Source: Candidatus Saccharimonadota bacterium
Lineage (GTDB): Bacteria > Patescibacteriota > Saccharimonadia > Saccharimonadales > Saccharimonadaceae
Length of the DNA: 32,000 nt
Direction of reading: 5' to 3'
Assembly (NCBI GenBank): GCA_002421785.1
Contig: DIRZ01000002.1
Location: 369,146-401,145, forward strand
Position numbers and translations under genes: made by a program. Below the pieces are notes generated by a model. It worked only from the letters and a program-made list of their open reading frames with translations. It had not been told where the DNA came from and searched no databases. Positions within the stretch are counted from its first letter, which is position 1. Every line of letters starts with the position of its first letter. Positions 16,517-24,044 of this stretch are shown one piece after another.

Positions 16517-17152
16517 ATGTTTGAATTAGAGTATAAAGGTGGCAATGGTGTTATTCTTGCCAGTAAAAAAACGACAATCGTTGTTGATCCAAAGCTTTCA
16601 CTTGTTGGGCTGAAGGACATAAGGACAAAGGATGAAATCGAACTTGCAACCGAATCAAGGTTTAGAGTCGAGAACTCTGACGCGCGTATTATCATTGATA
16701 GTCCAGGTGAGTATGAAGTGGGAGATTTCACCATTCGAGCAGCCGCAGCAACGCGCCATATAGACACACTCGATCAAGAAAAGCTATCCACAATCTATCG
16801 TCTTGAATGCGGAGATATCCGTATCGGCATCATCGGCAACATAGATTCCAAGCTTACCGATGAGCAGCTTGAAGCGCTTGGTGTGCTTGATGTGCTTGTT
16901 ATACCAGTCGGCGGGGGTGGGTACACGCTTGATGCGACAAGTGCAAGTAGCCTTGTGCGACAGATTGAGCCAAAGGTTGTTGTTCCCGTCCACTATGCAG
17001 ATACCGGTTTACGGTATGAAGTGCCACAAGATTCACTCGAGGTATTTATAAAAGAACTTGGGGTCCCTGTAGAGCAAGTTTCGAAATTAAAGATTAAGTC
17101 TAGTGCTGCGCTGCCTGCAGTGTTGACTGTTGTCGAAGTGGCGCGTAGCTAA
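16517..17152 (+). CDS. MBL-fold (Lactamase_B_3/UPF0173-like) protein, canonical HxHxDH not evident
   Basis: TTIVVDP...VLVIPVGGGGYTLDATSASSLVRQIEPKVVVPVHY resembles MBL-fold hydrolases. An AAGGAG Shine-Dalgarno lies upstream. Confidence 0.55.
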   Translation: MFELEYKGGNGVILASKKTTIVVDPKLSLVGLKDIRTKDEIELATESRFRVENSDARIIIDSPGEYEVGDFTIRAAAATRHIDTLDQEKLSTIYRLECGDIRIGIIGNIDSKLTDEQLEALGVLDVLVIPVGGGGYTLDATSASSLVRQIEPKVVVPVHYADTGLRYEVPQDSLEVFIKELGVPVEQVSKLKIKSSAALPAVLTVVEVARS

Positions 17153-17166
17153 GCCCCCTAATACGG

Positions 17167-17202
17167 CAAACAAAAAACACCCTGTAGGGTGTTTTTTGTT
17201 TG
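17167..17202. terminator. Bidirectional intrinsic terminator between the MBL-fold gene and rpmB
   Basis: A near-perfect 17-bp palindrome, CAAACAAAAAACACCCT-gt-AGGGTGTTTTTTGTTTG, has A/T runs on both sides. Confidence 0.8.
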
Positions 17203-17208
17203 GATAGG

Positions 17209-17412
17209 CTACTTGGCCGTAGCGAGAATGCCCTTTTTCTTTAGCGTACGAATTGCCTGAGTCGAGAGGGTCATCGTGACTTTCTGGCCGTCAACTACAA
17301 ACGTTTTCTTTTGTAGGTTAGGTTTGAAGACGCGTTTTGTGCGACGCAAAGAGAAGCTGACATTGTGGCCAAATTGTTTGCCTTTACCGGTGAGTTCACA
17401 GCGTGCTGCCAT
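17209..17412 (-). CDS. rpmB: 50S ribosomal protein L28
   Basis: The sequence is MAARCELTGKGKQFGHNVSFSLRRTKRVFKPNLQKK. The start is set at the ATG at 17412, not the upstream GTG at 17427. Confidence 0.9.
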   Translation of the reverse strand: MAARCELTGKGKQFGHNVSFSLRRTKRVFKPNLQKKTFVVDGQKVTMTLSTQAIRTLKKKGILATAK

Positions 17413-17487
17413 AATTATTACTTCCACTTACTATTTAACAATCTGTTCTAGTATACGCTAGAAGGGGTCATCAGTCAAGGGTAAGCG

Positions 17488-17496
17488 TGGTATAAT
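17488..17496 (+). promoter_or_regulatory. Extended -10 promoter TGgTATAAT, 7 nt upstream of the ATG at 17504
   Basis: The sequence is gcgTGGTATAATacactgcATG. No Shine-Dalgarno is present. Confidence 0.5.
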
Positions 17497-17503
17497 ACAC
17501 TGC

Positions 17504-18154
17504 ATGGACATAGGGTATATTCTCACTGTTATTGCTGTTATTTTTGTCTCGATGACATTTCATGAACTGATGCATGGACTGGTTGCTAATTGGCTTGGTG
17601 ATGATACGGCACGGCTATTGGGACGGCTAACGCTTAACCCGCTAAAACATGTTGATCCCTTTTTGACAGTACTGCTCCCGTTGTTTATTGTTGTGACCAA
17701 TATGCTAACGGGAGCAAATGCGCCGGTGTTTGGAGGCGCCAAGCCAGTACCGTTTAATCCCGCGCGTATTAAGTATGACGAATGGGGGGTTGCCTTGATG
17801 GCACTTGCCGGACCGCTGACAAATTTCGTGCTCGCATTTATTAGTTTTGGTTGCTATGTTAGTGTTGGTGGCGACCCCACGACGATCGCGGGGCAAGTGT
17901 TTAGCATAAGTACGGCCGTAAACCTTGGGTTTTTCGCCTTCAATATACTTCCGATACCTCCTCTAGACGGCTCGCGAGTTATTTATGCACTTGCACCCGA
18001 TTTTGTGCGAAGAGGTATGGACGCGGTTGAACGATATGGTATTATGCTCGTACTAGTTATCGTGCTGGTAGCGAGCCCGCTTCTCGATAGCTATATGCGC
18101 GCTGTCATCTCTATTATTCTTGAGGTGTTCGCGCGTATTTTTGGTGTTGCATAG
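17504..18154 (+). CDS. Site-2 protease family (M50) zinc metalloprotease
   Basis: It has the HELMHG (HExxH) motif in the first TM region. It is a polytopic membrane protein with a later LPIPPLDG motif. Confidence 0.85.
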   Translation: MDIGYILTVIAVIFVSMTFHELMHGLVANWLGDDTARLLGRLTLNPLKHVDPFLTVLLPLFIVVTNMLTGANAPVFGGAKPVPFNPARIKYDEWGVALMALAGPLTNFVLAFISFGCYVSVGGDPTTIAGQVFSISTAVNLGFFAFNILPIPPLDGSRVIYALAPDFVRRGMDAVERYGIMLVLVIVLVASPLLDSYMRAVISIILEVFARIFGVA

Positions 18155-18180
18155 CTATAAAAGGGAGTATAATAGAGATA

Positions 18181-18321
18181 GTCCCAGAGCAATCTAGGCG
18201 TGATGATTTTCCTAACATCATTGACAAGGGATTTCAATATTTATCACTCCTGTGGGGGTGATGTGAGAGAACCCACTCTGCATTTATGCGGGGAATGTCA
18301 AGCGCTGACGATTTCTGGGAC
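18181..18321 (+). ncRNA. Candidate structured ncRNA or structured 5' leader of tRNA-Pro (family not recognised)
   Basis: - A TATAAT box at 18168-18173 places the TSS at about 18180-18181.
- The ends pair: GTCCCAGA (18181-18188) with TCTGGGAC (18314-18321), extended by AATC/GATT and GGCG/CGCT.
- Internal hairpins include ATCACTCC-tgtg-GGGGTGAT.
- There is no ORF. Confidence 0.4.
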
Positions 18322-18332
18322 TTTCATGTTAA

Positions 18333-18408
18333 CGGGATGTGGCGCAGTTGGTAGCGCGCACGGCTGGGGGCCGTGAGGCCGCAAGTTCAAGTCTTGTCAT
18401 CCCGACCA
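18333..18408 (+). tRNA. tRNA-Pro (anticodon GGG), CCA encoded
   Basis: The acceptor is CGGGATG/CATCCCG, the anticodon stem-loop is CACGG-ctGGGgg-CCGTG and the T arm is GCAAG-TTCAAGT-CTTGT. Confidence 0.85.
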
Positions 18409-18494
18409 GATTCGCTCCTCTATGCTTAACGCCTCGCTCTTAACCATTATGTCCTGCTTTGCTATTTCAGTGTGGGCGAGCGGAGGAGATACGC

Positions 18495-18500
18495 TATAAT
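18495..18500 (+). promoter_or_regulatory. -10 box TATAAT for rnpB
   Basis: The hexamer lies 6 nt upstream of the predicted P1 start at 18507. Confidence 0.5.
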
Positions 18501-18506
18501 AATTAA

Positions 18507-18856
18507 GGCAGTATGTTGAGTAATCGCCTGCCTCTTGTAGGCAGGAGGAAAGTCCGGGCAGCACAGGATACGACAGTTGCTAACGGCAACCGGGGGCGAC
18601 CCTAGGGAAAGTGCCACAGAAACGATACCGCCACTATGTGTCGAAAGGCGCGCAGGGGTAAGGGTGAAAGGAGTGAGGTAAGAGCTCACAGTCGACCATG
18701 GTGACATGGGAGAGAGGTAAACCCTGTCGGCTGCAAGGGATTGACGCATTAAGAGCGATCCGTTCGCGTCGGTCAATATCCGCTTGAACTATGCAGCAAT
18801 GTATAGTCTAGATAGATGATTACTCTCGACAGAACCCGGCTTACAGACTTACTGCC
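18507..18856 (+). ncRNA. rnpB: RNase P RNA, bacterial type A
   Basis: It has the universally conserved GAGGAAAGTCCGGGC (P4 5' strand) and ACAGAACCCGGCTTA (P4 3' strand). GGGTAAGGGTGAAA and GTGAGGTAAGAGCTCAC are also present. P1 pairing is GGCAGTA (18507) with TACTGCC (18850-18856). Confidence 0.95.
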
Positions 18857-18895
18857 AATAAAATACCCCGCGTTAGCGGGGTATTTTATTGGCAG
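18852..18895. terminator. 20-bp perfect hairpin terminator shared by rnpB (+) and rplT (-)
   Basis: The hairpin is CTGCCAATAAAATACCCCGC-gtta-GCGGGGTATTTTATTGGCAG. Its 5' arm overlaps the P1 3' strand of rnpB. Confidence 0.75.
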
Positions 18896-18905
18896 TAACG
18901 TATGG

Positions 18906-19250
18906 CTACTTTGTCACGTTTTTTACGACAGCCGTAAATGCCTTAGGGTCATTGACTGCTAGCTCAGCTAGTACCTTACGGTCAAGCTCGACGCCTGCTG
19001 CCTTAAGGTTAGCGATTAGCTTGCCGTAGGTTGTGCCGTTTTCGCGCGCAGCTGCGTTGATGCGAGTGATCCAAAGACCACGTAGGTCACGGCGACGATT
19101 ACGTCGGTCGCGATATGCATATTGGAGTGCTCGAACAACCGCTTGCTTAGCAAGACGGAAGCTGCGAGTGCGGTTGTGTTGCATGCCTTTAGCGGCTTTA
19201 AGCACCTTATTGTGGCGTGCTCGTGCGGGGACACCTCGTTTTACTCGCAT
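18906..19250 (-). CDS. rplT: 50S ribosomal protein L20
   Basis: The sequence is [27 protein letters not shown]... Confidence 0.95.
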   Translation of the reverse strand: MRVKRGVPARARHNKVLKAAKGMQHNRTRSFRLAKQAVVRALQYAYRDRRNRRRDLRGLWITRINAAARENGTTYGKLIANLKAAGVELDRKVLAELAVNDPKAFTAVVKNVTK

Positions 19251-19252
19251 AA

Positions 19253-19447
19253 TTAAACTCCTAGCGCTCGTCGGACGTTTTTAGCCATGCTACCAGTAAC
19301 GATAGCAGGGGTGTTAATATTTCGTTTGCGGCTCTTGCTCTTCTTTGAAAGCATGTGATTGCCGAACGCGCGTCGGCGCGTGAGTTTGCCGGTACTGGTT
19401 AGCTTAATGCGCTTAGCAGTGCCCTTATGGGTCTTCATTTTTGGCAT
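19253..19447 (-). CDS. rpmI: 50S ribosomal protein L35
   Basis: The sequence is [39 protein letters not shown] overlap links it to the infC stop. Confidence 0.95.
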   Translation of the reverse strand: MPKMKTHKGTAKRIKLTSTGKLTRRRAFGNHMLSKKSKSRKRNINTPAIVTGSMAKNVRRALGV

Positions 19448-19953
19448 TACTTACTCCTTATTACGATGCTCAGGTTGCGACCTGCCATCATTGGTTTCTG
19501 TTCGAGAACGGCTTCGTTTTCGAGTAGTGAAACGACGCGATCGATTAGTACGTACCCAAGTTCCTTGTGTGCCATCTCTCGGCCGCGATAAAAGATGAGA
19601 ATCTTTACCTTGTGGCCTTCGGACAAGAACTCACGGATCTTGCGAAGCTTAATCTCTAGGTCGTTAGCGCCAATCTTTAGACCGAATCGCATCTGCTTTA
19701 GTTCGGTCGCTTTATTAGAGCGACGGTTCTTTTGCATTTCTTTAATTTTTTGGTACTGGTACTTGCCCCAGTCGACGACTTTAGCTACAGGTGGGTCGGC
19801 ATTTGGTGATATCTCTACCAAATCTACTCCGGCCTCTTCAGCTACCTTGAGCGCCTCTTGTCTCGACATGATACCAAGCTGCTCACCACTTGTACCAATG
19901 ACACGAAGTTCCTTCGCGCGGATGCCTTCGTTAATGCGAATTGATGTATTGAT
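19447..19953 (-). CDS. infC: Translation initiation factor IF-3, non-canonical ATC start
   Basis: The ORF track shows only the C-terminal 140 aa. The frame stays open upstream and encodes INTSIRINEGIRAKELRVIGTSGEQLGIMSRQEALKVAEEAGVDLVEISP. The ATC at 19953 follows an AAAGGAGAG Shine-Dalgarno and an in-frame TAA. Confidence 0.85.
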   Translation of the reverse strand: MNTSIRINEGIRAKELRVIGTSGEQLGIMSRQEALKVAEEAGVDLVEISPNADPPVAKVVDWGKYQYQKIKEMQKNRRSNKATELKQMRFGLKIGANDLEIKLRKIREFLSEGHKVKILIFYRGREMAHKELGYVLIDRVVSLLENEAVLEQKPMMAGRNLSIVIRSK

Positions 19954-20026
19954 CGCTACTCTCCTTTACTCGAGTGCTTAAAAGCGTTTATCTCGTCAAT
20001 TATTCTAACAGATTAGCTAACAGATA

Positions 20027-21547
20027 TCAAGAGGTGTGGCGGTATTGAAGCGCTTCGGCGAGGTGCTGGACTGTTACCTGGGGAGCGTTATCGATATCTG
20101 CAATTGTTTGGGCTACCTTGAGGACTTTAAAGTAACTACGAGGGCTTAAGCCTAGCTTATCTGCGGCGGTAGTAAGCATAGCGCGCACGTCTGGCGTCAG
20201 GTGGATGTGCTTTTTTACGTCGCTACTGGTTAAAGAACTGTTGTATTTGTTACTGCTTTCGTATCTGTTAAATTGTTTATGCATAGCATTAACAATAGCG
20301 GTTTTCGCCGATATATGTTGTTTTGAAGACATCGATGACTGCGTGAGTAGTTGATCATTAGGTATGCGCGTTACGGTCACCGACATGTCGATGCGATCGA
20401 GGAGAGGCCCCGAGAGTTTGCGTTGATAGTTGAGGATTTGCATCGTGCTGCAGGTGCATTCGTGTGTTTGGTCTCCATAATATCCGCAAGGACAAGGATT
20501 CATCGTGGCCACGAGCATGAAGTTGGCGGGGTAGACGGCGCGTCCATTCGCTCTTGTCACGGCGATTGTTTTATCCTCCAGGGGCTGTCGCAGCGCTTCG
20601 AGTACCGATCGTGGGTACTCAGGTATTTCATCCAGAAAGAGCACTCCTTGATGGGCCAGGCTTACTTCACCTGGACGTGGGCGAGTTCCACCGCCTATCA
20701 GCGAAATTTGGCTTGATGTGTGGTGAGGAGCACGAAAGGGTCGACCAGTGACAATACCATCAGTTAGTAAGGCCGCGAGGCTATGTATCTTGGTTACTTC
20801 GAGCGTTTCCGACGGCGTCAGCTCAGGAAGGAGTGCCGCAAGTGTTTTCGCCAGCATAGTCTTGCCGGCGCCGGGTGGCCCTGTAAACAGGATGTTGTGA
20901 TGGCCTGCGGCGGCGATAATTAAGGCTCGTTTTGCCTGCTCTTGGCCATAGATGTCGTCTAATGTACTGTTATGCTCTAATTTTCTACCGCCCGGTCGGT
21001 GGTTGCTCCGAATCGCGGGCTCAATCAGAGATTCTTTTTTTAGGTGAAGGAAAAGTTTTGAAAGATGATCCACTCCAATGACCGTTATGCCATCTACTAA
21101 GAGGGCTTGTGCAACGTTATCAGTAGGGAGATAAACTGTAGAGTAGCCTTCGCGTCGTGCGGTCTCTGCCACGCTAATTGCGCCGCTGATTGGCCGTAGC
21201 CGCCCGTCTAGGGCGAGTTCACCTGCAAAGACAGCATTTGCTACGTCCTGAGGCCGTAATTGGCCGCTACTCGCTAAAATAGCCAGTGCGATTGGTAGGT
21301 CGTACGATGTACCGTCCTTGGGCAGCTCTGCTGGCGCAAGATTGACGGTGATTTTTTTGGCAGGGTACTCAAGCAGGGAATTGCATATCGCGCTTTTTAC
21401 TCGCTCTTTCGCTTCGTCGATGGCCTTATTGCCGAGGCCAACGATTTGCAGCCCTGGCAGTCCTTTTGTCATATCGCTCTCTACTTCAACGATATGGCCA
21501 TCGAATCCAACAGGCGCAACAGACATAATGCGTGAGACAGTTCCCAT
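20027..21547 (-). CDS. comM: YifB/ComM family Mg-chelatase-like AAA+ ATPase
   Basis: It contains an N-terminal Lon-like domain, the Walker A motif GPPGAGKT, VLFLDEIPE (Walker B) and a CxxC Zn motif (PCPCGYYGDQTHECTC). Confidence 0.9.
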   Translation of the reverse strand: MGTVSRIMSVAPVGFDGHIVEVESDMTKGLPGLQIVGLGNKAIDEAKERVKSAICNSLLEYPAKKITVNLAPAELPKDGTSYDLPIALAILASSGQLRPQDVANAVFAGELALDGRLRPISGAISVAETARREGYSTVYLPTDNVAQALLVDGITVIGVDHLSKLFLHLKKESLIEPAIRSNHRPGGRKLEHNSTLDDIYGQEQAKRALIIAAAGHHNILFTGPPGAGKTMLAKTLAALLPELTPSETLEVTKIHSLAALLTDGIVTGRPFRAPHHTSSQISLIGGGTRPRPGEVSLAHQGVLFLDEIPEYPRSVLEALRQPLEDKTIAVTRANGRAVYPANFMLVATMNPCPCGYYGDQTHECTCSTMQILNYQRKLSGPLLDRIDMSVTVTRIPNDQLLTQSSMSSKQHISAKTAIVNAMHKQFNRYESSNKYNSSLTSSDVKKHIHLTPDVRAMLTTAADKLGLSPRSYFKVLKVAQTIADIDNAPQVTVQHLAEALQYRHTS

Positions 21548-21589
21548 AGTGTCAGTAGTTAACCACAGCTGGTGTGTATCTGTAAACTC

Positions 21590-21598
21590 TGATATAAT
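21590..21598 (+). promoter_or_regulatory. Extended -10 promoter TGaTATAAT for ssrA
   Basis: It lies 14 nt upstream of the mature tmRNA 5' end. Confidence 0.55.
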
Positions 21599-21612
21599 AG
21601 GCTCGTAAGTAT

Positions 21613-21998
21613 GGGGCTGACTTCAGCTTTCGACATTGGGACTTTAACAGACTGCACCCGCACACCGACCTCTGACGTAATCAGAATCAATAGTTGCAAA
21701 CACATTTGCACAGCGAGTGAAGAGCTTTTTCCAAGTTCCTTCATTCGCGCCAGCTCTGGTTTAATCACCAAGCCGTACGAACCTAGATTTCTACTATAGG
21801 TGCGTGCGTCATATTTCGTAGAATCGCCAACAATCGCTATCGGGACGATCACTGGTTAAACGTTATCTCGACCCATTCCGCTGTATGTTTGTCATATTTT
21901 GAGCAGTAGGGATGGCTAAACCCATGAATATGACTATGTGTGTAGACGGACAGTAGGTTTCCTAATGGACCCGGGGGCAGTGCCCGGCAGCTCCACCA
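21613..21998 (+). ncRNA. ssrA: tmRNA (transfer-messenger RNA)
   Basis: The 5' end GGGGCTGACTTCAGCTTTCGAC and 3' end ...GGACCCGGGGGCAGTGCCCGGCAGCTCCACCA form an acceptor stem with a G3:U70 pair. The tag ORF resumes at GCA 21696 after AATAGTT. It encodes ANTFAQRVKSFFQVPSFAPALV and stops at TAA 21762. Confidence 0.9.
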
Positions 21999-22000
21999 TC

Positions 22001-22032
22001 AAAAATACCCGACAGTCATGTCGGGTATTTTT
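22001..22032 (+). terminator. Intrinsic terminator of ssrA
   Basis: The hairpin is AAAAATACCCGACA-gtca-TGTCGGGTATTTTT. Confidence 0.8.
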
Positions 22033-22072
22033 GATGTACTGAAATCTTAGCGAATGAAGGGAATGGGCCCAT

Positions 22073-22168
22073 AAAAAAACAACCACCTGCGAGTAGTGGT
22101 TGTTTTTATGTGGAGTTTTTTCGAATGATTTTTATTTTTGGTCTTGCACAATTTATTTGCTCAAGACT
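22073..22168 (-). ncRNA. Candidate small RNA of about 96 nt (promoter-to-terminator unit without an ORF)
   Basis: - The minus-strand promoter is TTGACA (22203-22198), a 17-nt spacer, then TATTAT (22180-22175).
- The predicted TSS is about 22168.
- An internal hairpin is GTCTTG...CAAGAC.
- The terminator is AACAACCAC-tactcgcag-GTGGTTGTT plus a T run (22107-22073). Confidence 0.4.
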
Positions 22169-22426
22169 ACCCCTATAATATGATGCCAAACTGCTAATGT
22201 CAATAACATTTTACTAAAATCAATGCGTAAAAAATACTACACGTTTACAGTTCATTTTGGTAAAAAAATGTTTCCAGGCTGCGGATTGGCAAATAACTAG
22301 AAGGCTCGTGTATCCTTTTGCGTCTAGCGCGGCCAATAGTTGTGTCTTGCGAAGTAAATGAGTGATGTCGTTTGTGATGAAGGCCTCGCCCGATCGATGC
22401 CAGCTACAGACAAGTAGCTCCTATTT

Positions 22427-22435
22427 TGGTATAAG
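22427..22435 (+). promoter_or_regulatory. Extended -10 promoter TGgTATAAG, 7 nt upstream of the ATG at 22443
   Basis: The sequence is tttTGGTATAAGgtagagtATG. No Shine-Dalgarno is present. Confidence 0.45.
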
Positions 22436-22442
22436 GTAGAGT

Positions 22443-22976
22443 ATGAAACGAACTGTGCTAATCCTAGTTACACTCGCCGTCCTAACACTCGGCACGGTAA
22501 GTTATGCCAGTTTAGACAAACGACAAGCCACAGTACCGTCTACGCAAGCCACAGCGCAGGTATTGAGCAAATACGAAGTTGGCCCGCCAGATGCACAAGA
22601 GTTGCTAGAGTTGGTGAACGCAGAACGTGCGAGGGTCGGGGTTGCACCGTTAGTGATAGATGAGGGGTTGAATGCGTCTGCTCAGATAAAAGCCGACGAT
22701 ATGGACAACAATAACTACTTCGGGCATGTTGACGCGAATGGTAAGCACGGCTATGAGTATGCTTGTGAGTACAGTGCGAGCTGTAAAGTGCCCAGCGAGA
22801 ATATACGCTGGACACCACTAGCAGCCTCTACATCACGAGTGGTATACGATGACTGGTACAATTCACCGCAGCACATCGCAGCGATACGCAAGGCTGGCTA
22901 CACGCTCACAGGCATTGCAGTATCAAACAGCGCTGATAAATATTACACCGTCCAGCACTTCTGCATCGCTAAATAA
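22443..22976 (+). CDS. Secreted CAP/SCP (YkwD-like) domain protein
   Basis: An N-terminal signal/TM (VLILVTLAVLTLGTVSYA) is followed by ELLELVNAERARVGVAPL...YFGHVD...WYNSPQHIAAIRKAGYTLTGIAV, which is typical of the CAP domain. Confidence 0.8.
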   Translation: MKRTVLILVTLAVLTLGTVSYASLDKRQATVPSTQATAQVLSKYEVGPPDAQELLELVNAERARVGVAPLVIDEGLNASAQIKADDMDNNNYFGHVDANGKHGYEYACEYSASCKVPSENIRWTPLAASTSRVVYDDWYNSPQHIAAIRKAGYTLTGIAVSNSADKYYTVQHFCIAK

Positions 22977-22992
22977 CTAGCTTAGTCTATCG

Positions 22993-23020
22993 AATCTCTC
23001 CTCTCATGAAAGGGGAGATT
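22993..23020 (+). terminator. Intrinsic terminator after the CAP-domain gene
   Basis: A 9-bp stem, AATCTCTCC/GGGGAGATT (one G.U pair), has a 10-nt loop and is followed by a T-rich TATTAT. Confidence 0.55.
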
Positions 23021-24029
23021 TATTATGGGAAATAATCTATTCAACACATGGCTCGCCACACCAGGCAACAATAGCTCAGGCTTATGTGAATTAGTTGTGT
23101 AAAGGTAGGGCGATCGGCGCGTTATAGTTAGCGCCGAGTGGCGTGGATTGAGATGGTGTATTGTTCGTTCTTGAAGCAGCTCTTCGTAGCCTGCGAATGT
23201 GTCGCGGGTATAACAAAATTTAGTCGTAAGGACACGGCGTGGTTCAAACGATCATCGCGCTTTTTTGCATTATGAATGAGCCGTAACTCGGCATAGAGTC
23301 ATGTGCCTAGGCGAGCAGAGTAATGAGCTGAATGGTATGTCTCGGAGGCCGAGATGTGGTGTAGTAACGGCTGCTTTTTGGGCCATCAGCGACGTGCATT
23401 GTTGTACCGGAAGAGCAGGCTGCACAGCAGGGAGGTACACAAGTGTTGTTATTTTTGCTCCTTCCTTTGACTAGTGCTGCCTTCATGCTAACAGATAAGC
23501 GGGCGACTTTTGTTTTGTATCATTGTTATTATTACTACATAAAATATAACACAACAGTTGACCATTCTTACTGTTTATGCTAATGTAAAAACAGCTTTTA
23601 CAAACACAAAAAAAGCCACCACAAATCCTTAACAATTCAACCTCACCGCAATATCGCGCAGATAAGTAGTTGACGGAAACTAGGCATCGGCACCGGTATA
23701 AGTACACTGAGCAATTTATTGGTCAAGCACCTTTACTAGTACCATATGTGGCGCTGCCTATGCTCCGCCGATTGATCACTGTCTTTGATAGTAATCTTGG
23801 CGTCGTAGCGCGCGAAAGAAGTACCTCACGCTTGGTTAAACCTTGTTACATACAAAAGTAGCAGCGCAACCACCAAGCGTGAAGTGGAACCTATCGCAAG
23901 GACCCCATGCTCCGCACATGCGGAGCGGTCAGTGGCCATGAGTGGCATCGCGGGCGACCCTAATAGTTATTTATACAGGTGTTTCGCTTATATTACGCAC
24001 CGCCACTCTGGCTCCCTTGTCTTAATTAG

Positions 24030-24038
24030 TGATATGAT
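24030..24038 (+). promoter_or_regulatory. Extended -10-like TGaTATGAT, 6 nt upstream of the ATG at 24045
   Basis: The sequence is agTGATATGATaatgctATG. Confidence 0.4.
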
Positions 24039-24044
24039 AATGCT

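Noticed and set aside
16312-16767. 151-aa minus-strand ORF spanning the wHTH/MBL gene junction
   Set aside because: It is antisense to two well-supported plus-strand genes, and the product is Ser/Ile-rich low-complexity sequence.
18462-18776. 104-aa minus-strand ORF
   Set aside because: It lies entirely antisense to RNase P RNA, whose conserved P4 and other elements explain the sequence.
21559-21852. 97-aa minus-strand ORF and 62-aa plus-strand ORF (21611-21799) next to comM
   Set aside because: Both lie within the tmRNA gene (21613-21998). They have no SD and no recognisable protein features.
22174-22179. Plus-strand TATAAT promoter reading
   Set aside because: No suitably spaced -35 exists and only a 5-codon ORF lies downstream. 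The overlapping minus-strand TTGACA-17-TATTAT arrangement fits much better.
23025-23102. 25-aa ORF (MGNNLFNTWLATPGNNSSGLCELVV) just after the CAP gene terminator
   Set aside because: Its apparent SD is the 3' arm of the terminator hairpin. It has no promoter and no recognisable peptide family. It is kept only as a note within the gene-desert finding.
23040-23260. Stop-free minus-strand frame of about 90 codons (…YTRDTFAGYEELLQERTIHH…)
   Set aside because: It has no ATG/GTG/TTG start and no motif I recognise. It could be chance or a pseudogene fragment, and I cannot decide without a database search.
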